Part shown: positions 36,071-44,798 of the stretch, one piece after another | Position numbering within the stretch: position 1 is the first letter of the stretch | How the letters are laid out: each line of letters starts with the position of its first letter | From: Chloroflexota bacterium | Lineage (GTDB): Bacteria; Chloroflexota; Anaerolineae; UBA2200 | Direction of reading: 5' to 3' | DNA: 64,000 bases | Assembly (NCBI GenBank): GCA_014360755.1 | Contig: JACIWX010000004.1 | Span: 13,172 to 77,171 of the forward strand | Position numbers and translations under genes: made by a program | The notes under the pieces: generated by a model | What the model was told of the DNA's origin: nothing | What the model saw: the letters and a program-made list of their open reading frames with translations, nothing else | Databases searched by the model: none

Positions 36071-37354
36071 TTACGACTTCTTGCCGAAGAACTGGGGCAG
36101 ATATTCTTTGTTTGCCTCCAGCAACTCTGTCAGCATGGCTTTCGCTACGGAATAGGAAGGCACAAGCGGGTGAGTGAACAGGGCTTTGAGTGCTGTCTCT
36201 CGTGAACCGCTCACGCCAGCCTCTACCGCATACTGCTCATAGGCTTTGACGGTTTGCACCAAGGGCCGGATGATTTCTGGCAGATGGCCGACATGAAGTG
36301 GGCTGACTCCATGTGCTCCCACAACGCAAGGCACTTCAATCGAAGCAGATGCAGGCAGGTCAAGGATGCACCCATTGTTGCGAGTAATGACAATCTGCAC
36401 ATCCCGCCGGTCGGTGAGCAAGGAAGTGATCAAGCGCACAGCCATTTCCGAATAGTAGGCGCCACCGCGTTTCATCAGTTCTGGTGGCTTAACTACCAAA
36501 TTCGGATCCGCGTACATCTTCAGCAATTCCCCTTCCACTTCCTTGACCACCTCACCGCGTGTCTTCCCTGCTCTCTGGGCTTCCCGTACCGCTTCATCGT
36601 GATAGTAATAATAGGCAAGGTAGCCAATGGGCAGCATGCCCAGGAGGCGTATCAGGTCCGGCTCAAAGGGGAAATGACCGTGCTGGCTTGCCAGTTGTAC
36701 CAATTCTTCGATTTCCAGTGCTCGTCCTTTAACCCAGGCTCTGCGAATCCATGCCAGGTGGTTGAGCCCCACCCAATCCAGAAATACTTCTTCGTCAGGG
36801 ACACCAGCATATTCGGCAATCGCCATAATCGCATTGATGGGGTTGTTGCATAGCCCGACAACCTTCAGCGGGGTGTGGGTAAGCAGGGCTTCTGTAATAA
36901 TGCCGGAGGGGTTAGTGAAATTGAGGTACCAGGCATTGGGCGCGTAGCGCTCTACATCACGGGCAATGTCGAGGGTTGCTGGAATCGTGCGCATCGCTTT
37001 CATGAAGCCGCCAGGGCCTGTAGTCTCCTGGCCGATAACATTGTATTTCAGGGGGATCTTCTCGTCACGGATGCGGGCATCCACGCCACCGACACGGATC
37101 TGAGAGATGATGAAATCAGCGCCTTCAATCGCCGCCGGGCGGTTGGTGTAAGTAGCAACCGTTGTTTCCAGGCCAGCGTGAGCGGCCATGCGTCTCACCA
37201 GCCCGCCTACTAACTCCAATCTCTCAGCATTGATGTCGTACAGGGCAATTTCTCCGACGCTGAGCTGCTCACGTCGTTGGATAAACCCGTCTACGAATTC
37301 CGGGGTGTATGTGCTGCCTCCACCAATGACCGTAATTTTCTGGATAGGGATCAT
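36071..37354 (-). CDS. 6-phospho-beta-glucosidase, glycoside hydrolase family 4
   Basis: KITVIGGGSTYTPEF NAD motif, VVGLCNNP metal/catalytic Cys motif; size is typical of CelF/ChbF. Confidence 0.88.
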   Translation of the reverse strand: MIPIQKITVIGGGSTYTPEFVDGFIQRREQLSVGEIALYDINAERLELVGGLVRRMAAHAGLETTVATYTNRPAAIEGADFIISQIRVGGVDARIRDEKIPLKYNVIGQETTGPGGFMKAMRTIPATLDIARDVERYAPNAWYLNFTNPSGIITEALLTHTPLKVVGLCNNPINAIMAIAEYAGVPDEEVFLDWVGLNHLAWIRRAWVKGRALEIEELVQLASQHGHFPFEPDLIRLLGMLPIGYLAYYYYHDEAVREAQRAGKTRGEVVKEVEGELLKMYADPNLVVKPPELMKRGGAYYSEMAVRLITSLLTDRRDVQIVITRNNGCILDLPASASIEVPCVVGAHGVSPLHVGHLPEIIRPLVQTVKAYEQYAVEAGVSGSRETALKALFTHPLVPSYSVAKAMLTELLEANKEYLPQFFGKKS

Positions 37355-37719
37355 TTTCCTGCTCCTTGCGCCTTCTCTAGCTCGGCAATGCGCTTGTGCA
37401 GTTTGATAAACTGTTCAGCATAGTCAATCTCTGCCCAAGCCAGAAGAAGGAGGTCTAGCGCGTGTACCAATAAGATAGAAAAGGGAATCTGTTCTCCGCG
37501 TGCTTCGCGATGCAAGATATCCGCTTGCATCTTATGCGCAGCCAATTGTGCTTCGTTCGCTCGCTTCAGGGCTTCTTCTGCCCGTTCCCAATCGTTCTCA
37601 GCAGCATAGTCTGCTGCCTCTTTGGCAGCGCAGCGTGCATCCCCGCCATGGATAATCAGTGTACACAACGTTTGTTCCCAATCAGTGCCGCAAGTTTGTG
37701 TTGACATGCATTCCTCCAA
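37351..37719 (-). CDS. PTS lactose/cellobiose-family EIIA component
   Basis: IIHGGDARCAAKEA, AHKMQADIL and LLVHALD match the EIIA-Lac pattern. The stop overlaps the GH4 start (ATGA). Confidence 0.8.
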   Translation of the reverse strand: MEECMSTQTCGTDWEQTLCTLIIHGGDARCAAKEAADYAAENDWERAEEALKRANEAQLAAHKMQADILHREARGEQIPFSILLVHALDLLLLAWAEIDYAEQFIKLHKRIAELEKAQGAGK

Positions 37720-37783
37720 AAGATAACAACTTTGCCTTGATAGCGCGTTGGTTTGCCTTCCAAACTGGAAGGGCTTAGCGCGA

Positions 37784-38515
37784 TCACGATGGCTCTGGCG
37801 CTGTTTGTTTCTCGCCAGCGCTGGCAGCGGACACTGCGCTGGCGCTCATGACGCAACGGAAGCCCGTGTAATCGTTGCGGCGGCGAGGGGTATAAGGCAG
37901 CCGCGAAAAGCAACGGGCAGAATCGTGCGTGGTATTCCATGACCCACCGCGCATAGGTTGCAAGACACGCCCTCCTGGCCCGGAGGTCCATTCCCAGACA
38001 TTGCCAGACATATCTGCCACGCCGTAGGGGCTATCGCCCTGGGGCGAAAATTGGCCTACAGGTGTCGTATCAAAGATACGCGTTTCGCTGGTGTTCGCAC
38101 GGGACTTGTCCCATTCGTTGCCCCATGGATATATACGCCCGTCTGTGCCTCGTGCGGCTTTCTCCCATTCATCCTCAGTCGGCAACCTTTTACCAGCCCA
38201 TTTGGCATAGGCAGCAGCGTCATCCCAGTTGACCTGCACAACGGGATGGTTCTCCTTGCCTTCAGGGATCTTGCCCTGTCGCCAATGCGGTGGTGGAGGA
38301 TAGCCAGTGGCATCCACAAATCTCTTGTACTCCGCGTTGGTTACAGGGTATTTGTCTATATAGAAAGCCTCGACATAGACGAGCTTTTTCTCTTCGCCTT
38401 TGAGGAATTCACCAGCAGGGATATAAATCATCTCCTTGCCGTCTTTAGCGATGATCACAGGAGGGGGTTGTTGCACCTTTTTCTCTCCTTCCTTTTCGTT
38501 ATTGTTTTGATCCAA
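37784..38515 (-). CDS. Formylglycine-generating-enzyme (SUMF1/EgtB-like) domain protein, cytoplasmic
   Basis: YIDKYPVTNAEY, HPVVQVNWDDAAAYAKWAGKRLPTEDEWEKAARG, NVWEWT and RGGSW. No signal peptide. Confidence 0.85.
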   Translation of the reverse strand: MDQNNNEKEGEKKVQQPPPVIIAKDGKEMIYIPAGEFLKGEEKKLVYVEAFYIDKYPVTNAEYKRFVDATGYPPPPHWRQGKIPEGKENHPVVQVNWDDAAAYAKWAGKRLPTEDEWEKAARGTDGRIYPWGNEWDKSRANTSETRIFDTTPVGQFSPQGDSPYGVADMSGNVWEWTSGPGGRVLQPMRGGSWNTTHDSARCFSRLPYTPRRRNDYTGFRCVMSASAVSAASAGEKQTAPEPS

Positions 38516-38545
38516 TAAACATTTTAACTGCAGTGCTGTTCGTAG

Positions 38546-39328
38546 TCACTTACGCGCTTTCTTGCGTTTGACCGTCCGTGCGGGCGCAGGCAACTGTCCC
38601 TGCAACCACCACCACCCTACGGCAACTAGTACGCACTCAAAAGCCAAAGCAAGCACAGTGGGGAGTTGTCCCCTTCCTGCCAGCCCAAGGGTGATGGCGT
38701 TGTAAACCAGTTCGATCGCCGCATGGATCAACATGGCATAGAGCAGTAGATGCAGTTTTTTGTTCAGGATAGCATAGCCTGCTACTGCTCCCAAGCAGGC
38801 ATTGAAAAACAGCAGGGATAGCCGGTCTACCACTGAGACAACCGCAGACAAACCTAGGTCCGGTAGGGAGCGGGCTGCCGTCTCTGCGAGCAAAGCAGTG
38901 GAGGTGTCACCAAAAAGCAAACGGATGCCTACTCCAATCAACGCAAAACCCAGGAAAATCCTGGTAATCATACCTACCCCAAGCCCTACGGCGATGCCTG
39001 AGGGCACAAGTGCCTGGCCTGTTAAACGTTTGTATTTTAGCACAAGGTACTTCATGCCTTCGACAAAGAAACCCGTCAGCAGTGCCGTAATAGTGAACTG
39101 GATCACGGCACGGTCCGCTCCACCGGAAGCAGCCAGAATTTGACGGGACAGGCTGGTGAAAAAGTTCAGCGGCAGAAGGGCCAGCAGTAGGCCGCCTGCG
39201 CCCCACCAAATTAGCGCTCGGTTCACGGTGGGCATACGCTGTAAGAAAAGGAACATGACATAGCCTGGCAACAGCACAAAGAGGAAGCCTTGGCTGCAGA
39301 GCAAAATCCCTTTCAGAGCCATGTGCAT
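38546..39328 (-). CDS. Polytopic membrane protein of unknown function
   Basis: About 7 hydrophobic helices and a basic C-terminal tail. No motif recognised. Confidence 0.5.
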   Translation of the reverse strand: MHMALKGILLCSQGFLFVLLPGYVMFLFLQRMPTVNRALIWWGAGGLLLALLPLNFFTSLSRQILAASGGADRAVIQFTITALLTGFFVEGMKYLVLKYKRLTGQALVPSGIAVGLGVGMITRIFLGFALIGVGIRLLFGDTSTALLAETAARSLPDLGLSAVVSVVDRLSLLFFNACLGAVAGYAILNKKLHLLLYAMLIHAAIELVYNAITLGLAGRGQLPTVLALAFECVLVAVGWWWLQGQLPAPARTVKRKKARK

Positions 39329-39334
39329 CCCTTT

Positions 39335-40780
39335 CTACCAGCCATATTTTGCCGGACCCCACTCCTTGCGTTCTACTTCTTGCTTGAGCAGGAGCAGGCT
39401 ATTCTCGGGCACATCCCCGCTGATCATCACGCCGGGGCCAATCGCCGAGTATGCACCCACTTTGGAACCGGGCATAAAGATGGCGTTCACTCCGGTGCGG
39501 CAAAAGTCGCCAATGAACGTGGCGCAGGAAGCATACTGTGGGGTCTCCCAGCGGCCTTTTACTCTATGGGGTTGGGGTTGATCGTCGAAACGCAGAGTGC
39601 CGAACACTGTGCCCGCGCCAATGTCCACTGCTTCGCCTAACACTCCCCATACTTCACATTGATGCATTACGGTGCTGCGCCCAAACAAAACCCCGTGGAT
39701 TTCCGCACAGTATCCAATTTTGCAACGTGGGCCTATGCTGGTGCGCTCTCCGAGCAGGGCGTAATCCTTTATCTGTGTGTGCGGGCCGATATACGTATTG
39801 CCTCCGATAATCGCACCGTTGGTAACCACTGCATCCTTGTCAATCCAGACATTGCCCTCAATCACCACTCCTGGGCCAATAACGGCGTTCTCGCCTAACA
39901 CGACATGGCCCTGAATGTCCGCCCGTTCGGAAATCCGAGCAGAGGAATGGATGATGTTAGTGGACAGGGCTTGGCCCAGGAAACCAAGCCACACGTAATT
40001 GGCTGCAAGGATATCCCAAGGCCGGTCTATATCCAGAGCGAAAGCAACAGGTTCCACTGCCCGCACGGGCAGGCCATCCTCAATCATCATCTGTATGGTC
40101 TGAGCCAAATCAGCCTCATTCTGAGGAGGCATGCCCCCAGAAGGGATAGCGGCGACATAGCCAGGATGGGCGTCCAGGTAGGGCAAGATCATTTTGGGCT
40201 GGAAAACAAACGCGCCAGCCAGGCGATGGGTGACGCTATGGCGGGGATGGGCAATCACCTCTTCCACGCAGCCTTTTTGTACCCGTATCGCTAGGTACAT
40301 GGTTTGATTTTCCAGTTCGTGCAGTGGTGCGGCCAGGACTAGTGGGGTGCCTGGATCTTCTCTGTGTGCCGAAAGCAGCTTGGATAGTGTCTCTGGATCC
40401 CAGAGCATATCGCCATAGAGGACCAGCACAGGCTCATCCTCTGCGCTTTGCAAAGCGTAGTGCAAAGCCACGGCTGTGCCTTGTGGGGGGTCCCAAGCCA
40501 GAACCTGGACATTGGAACTCGGCGTTGAGTCTCCAAGCCGTCCCATGCCTGCTGCGCCAAGCGATTGCTCGCCTTTGCCCGAGACGAGATGCCTCAAATG
40601 TGCCTCAAAGCGCGAGGTCGCTACGACGATGATGGAGTCAATGCCTTCTGCCGCGAGGCTACGGATCTGCTGCTGCAGCAATGGCGCCCCACCAACCGGT
40701 ACAGCGGCTTTGGGCCGTGTTGTGCTAAAGGGCCAGAGCTTGCTGCCTGTTCCTTGAGCCAGAATGATCGCCCTTCTCAC
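39335..40780 (-). CDS. Sugar-phosphate nucleotidyltransferase fused to a left-handed beta-helix (hexapeptide) domain, GlmU-like architecture
   Basis: N-terminal AIILAQGTGSKLWP...PKAAVPVGG; C-terminal hexapeptide repeats (IGPGVVIEGNVWI..., IGPRCKIGYCAEI...). The GTG start overlaps the stop of the upstream EIIB (GTGA). Confidence 0.75.
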   Translation of the reverse strand: MRRAIILAQGTGSKLWPFSTTRPKAAVPVGGAPLLQQQIRSLAAEGIDSIIVVATSRFEAHLRHLVSGKGEQSLGAAGMGRLGDSTPSSNVQVLAWDPPQGTAVALHYALQSAEDEPVLVLYGDMLWDPETLSKLLSAHREDPGTPLVLAAPLHELENQTMYLAIRVQKGCVEEVIAHPRHSVTHRLAGAFVFQPKMILPYLDAHPGYVAAIPSGGMPPQNEADLAQTIQMMIEDGLPVRAVEPVAFALDIDRPWDILAANYVWLGFLGQALSTNIIHSSARISERADIQGHVVLGENAVIGPGVVIEGNVWIDKDAVVTNGAIIGGNTYIGPHTQIKDYALLGERTSIGPRCKIGYCAEIHGVLFGRSTVMHQCEVWGVLGEAVDIGAGTVFGTLRFDDQPQPHRVKGRWETPQYASCATFIGDFCRTGVNAIFMPGSKVGAYSAIGPGVMISGDVPENSLLLLKQEVERKEWGPAKYGW

Positions 40781-41112
40781 GATTGCTTCTTCCGTTGCAG
40801 AACATTCATGATTTGTTCAAATAACTTTTCCCCGTCCATCATGCCGTACGTAACCGATTCGATGTCTTCGACGGGAATGCCCAGGGGAGCTGCAGCTTGC
40901 ATGATGGAGCGCTTCTTGAAGCGTACCTGCGGTGCGACCAAGACCACATCCACAGGCTTGGCTGCAAAATCATAGACTGCTGCTTCGGCTGCGGAAAGCA
41001 AAACCATCTCCAAATCAGTTCCCTTGGCTTTGGCTGCTTCCTCCGTCCTAGCAGCTAGAAGGCTGGAAGATGCCCCCAAGGCACAGAACATGAGAACTTT
41101 GATTTTGTCCAT
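40777..41112 (-). CDS. PTS lactose/cellobiose-family EIIB component, copy 2
   Basis: KVLMFCALGASSSLL contains the phospho-Cys loop; 111 aa. Confidence 0.85.
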   Translation of the reverse strand: MDKIKVLMFCALGASSSLLAARTEEAAKAKGTDLEMVLLSAAEAAVYDFAAKPVDVVLVAPQVRFKKRSIMQAAAPLGIPVEDIESVTYGMMDGEKLFEQIMNVLQRKKQS

Positions 41113-41160
41113 TGTTCCCCCTTATTTGCTTGGATGGTTCATTTTACCACCAAATGGCGT

Positions 41161-41487
41161 TCATTTCTTCACCGCTTGCATAATCTGCTCGAATAGCTTT
41201 TCTCCATCCACCATGCCATATGTAACTGGGTCAATGCTTTGGACGACAATGCCCAATGGCTCAGCCATCTGAGCGATAGTGCGCCGCTTGTACACCACTT
41301 GCGGCGCAACCAAGACGATGTCCACTGCGCGTGCTTTAAAATCGTAGGTGGTTACCTCCGGCACAGGGATGGCATGTATCTCTAATTGGTGTCCACGCCG
41401 TTGTGCAGCTTCGATCGTGCTCGCCTCCAGCAGGCTGGAGGACATCCCTGCTGCACATACTAGCAGAACTTTATATACAGCCATCAT
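41161..41487 (-). CDS. PTS lactose/cellobiose-family EIIB component, copy 1
   Basis: KVLLVCAAGMSSSLL contains the phospho-Cys loop; paralogous to 40777-41112. Confidence 0.85.
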   Translation of the reverse strand: MMAVYKVLLVCAAGMSSSLLEASTIEAAQRRGHQLEIHAIPVPEVTTYDFKARAVDIVLVAPQVVYKRRTIAQMAEPLGIVVQSIDPVTYGMVDGEKLFEQIMQAVKK

Positions 41488-41554
41488 TGCCCCCTTACTC
41501 GCTATCCGGATCGGACTCGCTTTTCACAAAATTAGCGCTAGGCGCCCTAGTTTT

Positions 41555-42934
41555 TCAATGCAAGGAGGGGAAAGTGCCACCATGAGCCTGAATATAATCG
41601 TCCAGGATATGCTTGGCAATTTCGTAACTGGGCACCAGCGGATGCAAGGCTAGGGCGTTGAGAGCCAATTGATAAGAGGAAGAGAGAGTCGCTTCGATGG
41701 TGAGGCGTTCGTACTCCTTCACCTGCTTCATCAGGCCAAGGGCATGGTCAGGAACCGAACCAATGGCGATAGGGCGCACCACGGATTTGCCTAGGTAACA
41801 AGTGACTTCTACCACATCTTGTTCCCTCATGCCTGCGATAGCCCCTCGGTTCGGGACATTCACAATAGAAACACCTGGTCGCATACCACTGAGGCACTCC
41901 ATTACTCCTAGGGCAACTCCTTCATACCCTTCCTCTTCTATAGCCGACCTTATTTCTTCTTTCGCGAAGGGCTTGTGGCCGGTCTCGGTGGCCATGTACG
42001 TCTCGCCGCGCTTCACGAGATAGGAGATATAAGCCTCCTGAACCTGGTCTTCGTTCCCCTCTTCCCGCAGCCGCTTTAGTTCGGCAAAGAGCCAGTCATT
42101 GAGTTCCTGGATTTGTTCCCCACGCGTTTTTTCCGCGCTCAATATATGCTGCACCGCTTCTTCGGTATGATAATAAAAGTACAAGTACTCGTTAGGGATC
42201 ATGCCCAACGCACCGAGGAAGTCGGGGGGAAATGGCAAGTGCGCTATGGTCATACCGCTTTGCTGCAAGGCTGCAATCACTTCGGGCAGGATGTCCCGCC
42301 CACCGAGATAAACTGCCTTTACCCAACCCAGGTGGTTGAGGCCGAAATATTCGAGGAACAGGTCTTCAGGCGGCACATGCAAGGCAGCAGCCATGGCCCG
42401 CTGCATGGCGGCAGGGTTATCACAGATGCCAATGACACGTGGAAAACCTGCGTAGTTGATGACGGCTTCGGTAATCAGCCCAGATGGGTTGGTGAAGTTG
42501 ATTAACCAGGCTTTTGGAGCTAGTTCCTCGATTAGTTTCACATACTGGAAAATCACCGGGATGGTGCGCAATGCCATGGCAAAACCGCCGGGGCCTGTGG
42601 TCTCTTGTCCCAGCACGCGGTAGCGTAGGGGCACACGTTCATCAATGACGCGGGAGCGGATGCCTCCGACGCGAAAGGTGGTCAACACATAGTCAGCACC
42701 CTCGATGGCTTCGCGAGCGTCTGTTGTCCAGATGGTGCGGAAGGAAACTTCCTGCTGACGCAATACCGGCTCGCAGACCATGCGGATCAAGTCGAGGTGC
42801 TCGGCGTTGACGTCCATCAAGTATAGATCGGTCAGCCGCAGTTTTTCCTGTCGGCGCAGTATCCCGCGCAGCATAAGCGGGGTGCGCACACCCGCTGTGC
42901 CAATAATCGTTAGTTTCAACTGGTTACCTCTCAC
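41555..42934 (-). CDS. Glycoside hydrolase family 4 paralog with an atypical N-terminal dinucleotide motif
   Basis: Collinear with the other GH4 (VIGICDNP, NFTNPSG), but the N-terminus reads LTIIGTAGVRTPLM instead of IGGGSTYTPE. Confidence 0.8.
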   Translation of the reverse strand: MRGNQLKLTIIGTAGVRTPLMLRGILRRQEKLRLTDLYLMDVNAEHLDLIRMVCEPVLRQQEVSFRTIWTTDAREAIEGADYVLTTFRVGGIRSRVIDERVPLRYRVLGQETTGPGGFAMALRTIPVIFQYVKLIEELAPKAWLINFTNPSGLITEAVINYAGFPRVIGICDNPAAMQRAMAAALHVPPEDLFLEYFGLNHLGWVKAVYLGGRDILPEVIAALQQSGMTIAHLPFPPDFLGALGMIPNEYLYFYYHTEEAVQHILSAEKTRGEQIQELNDWLFAELKRLREEGNEDQVQEAYISYLVKRGETYMATETGHKPFAKEEIRSAIEEEGYEGVALGVMECLSGMRPGVSIVNVPNRGAIAGMREQDVVEVTCYLGKSVVRPIAIGSVPDHALGLMKQVKEYERLTIEATLSSSYQLALNALALHPLVPSYEIAKHILDDYIQAHGGTFPSLH

Positions 42935-43010
42935 CGCAGGATTAGGAATAAGGGAGGGTGCTGCTTAAGCACCCTCCCCTATGCCCGTGAAATTGGAGGA
43001 GAAAAGTGGG

Positions 43011-44282
43011 CTAGGCTCCCTCTTTCTCCAATACCTGGCGCTCCCAGGCGCGGAAGAACGGATACCAAATAATGCCTGGGATGATGAACTCGGTGAAGAT
43101 GACCAAGATGCTAGCCCTTATATCATATCCCGTTGCTAGGTACATGAGGATGGGCGAGGGCAATGTCCACGGCGCAGCGACCGCTGTAGCCCTGACCAAA
43201 CCAAGCACGTGGGCCGCGTATGCGACGGTGGCATTGATAAAGGTAATCACGATGAATGGGATGGCCATCACGGGGTTAAAGATGACCGGCGTGCCAAAGG
43301 TAATGGGCTCATTGATGTTGAAAATGCCAGGCCAAATGCCCAACCACCCCACGCGGCGCAGGCGGGCTGACTTGGATCGGAGCATGTAAATGGCCAATGG
43401 CAACGTGGCTCCAGAACCGCCAGGCACGACATAGCTGCGGAAGAGTTCCGTGTAAATCCACGGCAGGGGCTTGCCGGCAGCCAATGCCGCCGCGTTGTCT
43501 GCCAGGTTGCTGGTCCAAATCGGCGAGAGCACGATGCCAATGGTCAGATCGCCGTGAATGCCCAGTGTCCACAGGAAGCCATGCAGCGTCTCCGCGATGG
43601 CAACTGCTACATAGGAGGAGGCAGCAGGCACGATCTTGGACAAGGCCACCACTACTCCGTGGGCGAGGTCAATCCCCAATACAACGCGCACGATCCAAGC
43701 CAACGCAAAGACGGCAATCATGGGGATCAGGGCGATGAAAGCGGCTGTAATGGATGGCGGCACGCCAGCGGGCATTCTGATGACCAGGTTGCGCTTCACA
43801 AACCAATTGTAAATCTCTACGGTCAGCAGGCTGACGATGATGGCGGTGAACAAACCTTGGTTATCGAAATAGGTGCCGGGCAATCCCTGCTCACCCCATG
43901 CGCCCAAAATAGGGCTAGCGATAGTGATAAAGGCTAGCAATGATAGAGCAGAGGGCATCAGAGGATCCAGGCCTTTGCGCCGTGCGAGATGATAAGAAAT
44001 AGTAACTGACGCAAAGAGGGACAACAAACCATAAGCCATGTTAAACGGCACCCACAGCTTGCTGGCTAGGTCCGGGTTCGCATCCAGGTAATCCAACCAG
44101 GATTGTACAGGGAACTGCAGGAACAGGAGGCTAAATGCGCCAGTGATCAAGAGGGGCATCAACCCAGCCAAGCCATCGCGTACAGAAGCCAGATGGGGCT
44201 GGTCAAACAGAGGCGCCAATGCCTCCATTGCCTCAGACAGCCTATCAGCCCAACTTTTCTTTTCAGCAGATGCAGTAGCCAC
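43011..44282 (-). CDS. PTS lactose/cellobiose-family EIIC permease
   Basis: 423 aa and polytopic; N-terminal pattern ...SVRDGLAGLMPLLITGAFSLL and the general EIIC type-3 layout. GTG start with AAGGAG upstream. Confidence 0.85.
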   Translation of the reverse strand: MATASAEKKSWADRLSEAMEALAPLFDQPHLASVRDGLAGLMPLLITGAFSLLFLQFPVQSWLDYLDANPDLASKLWVPFNMAYGLLSLFASVTISYHLARRKGLDPLMPSALSLLAFITIASPILGAWGEQGLPGTYFDNQGLFTAIIVSLLTVEIYNWFVKRNLVIRMPAGVPPSITAAFIALIPMIAVFALAWIVRVVLGIDLAHGVVVALSKIVPAASSYVAVAIAETLHGFLWTLGIHGDLTIGIVLSPIWTSNLADNAAALAAGKPLPWIYTELFRSYVVPGGSGATLPLAIYMLRSKSARLRRVGWLGIWPGIFNINEPITFGTPVIFNPVMAIPFIVITFINATVAYAAHVLGLVRATAVAAPWTLPSPILMYLATGYDIRASILVIFTEFIIPGIIWYPFFRAWERQVLEKEGA

Positions 44283-44484
44283 TTGAGTACTCCTTTCTTT
44301 TAATAATGATTGTTTTCATTCGGAAAGTTAGCTCAGTAACCAATCCTTATGTTTCCCCTTGCATCACCTCCTTGTGCCGCAAGATAGGGCCCGCTTGGGC
44401 TTGCTGAGATGCCTGAGCGCAAACAAGTGGACCCGCTAATCTACTGAACTGCGATGGGACAAGAAGCACATTGCCTACGATAGT

Positions 44485-44513
44485 ATATTACATGAAAATA
44501 CCCTGTCTGTCAA
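44485..44513 (-). promoter_or_regulatory. Sigma70-type promoter of the PTS operon
   Basis: Minus strand reads TTGACA (44513-44508), 17 nt, TAATAT (44490-44485); this leaves a leader of about 195 nt. Confidence 0.55.
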
Positions 44514-44527
44514 AGTTTATTTAGATA

Positions 44528-44667
44528 GGGTGTTGAAAATCTTGTCACCCTATGCGAAGGGTCTCGCGTAACTTTATTTTCCCAAGTACTGCGAGATGCT
44601 TCACTCCCCCTTCGCGTTGCTCAGGGCGATGGTTCAGCATGACATTGAAAGGGCTTTTTCAACACTC
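44528..44667 (-). mobile_element. MITE-like palindromic repeat, copy 3 (inverted orientation, 140 bp)
   Basis: The reverse complement aligns block by block with copies 1 and 2 (gtcatgctgaac, gtgaagcatctcgcagtacttgggaaaata, agggtgacaagattttcaacac). Confidence 0.75.
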
Positions 44668-44674
44668 ATTGGGG

Positions 44675-44798
44675 GAGGTATTGAAAAAGCCTCTCGATGT
44701 CGCCCTGAAAATCTCCGTGCCGCCGCAGATCGGCATAGGAGCCCGATTTGCTGAACGGGTCATGTCCAGTCTACGCGAGATGCTTCACTTCGGTTCAG
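44675..44798. repeat. Degenerate or rearranged relative of the MITE family
   Basis: Starts gaggtattgaaaaagcctctcgatgtc (like the left end) and ends with the inverted gaagtgaagcatctcgcg block. It includes the stop codon of the adjacent gene. Confidence 0.4.
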
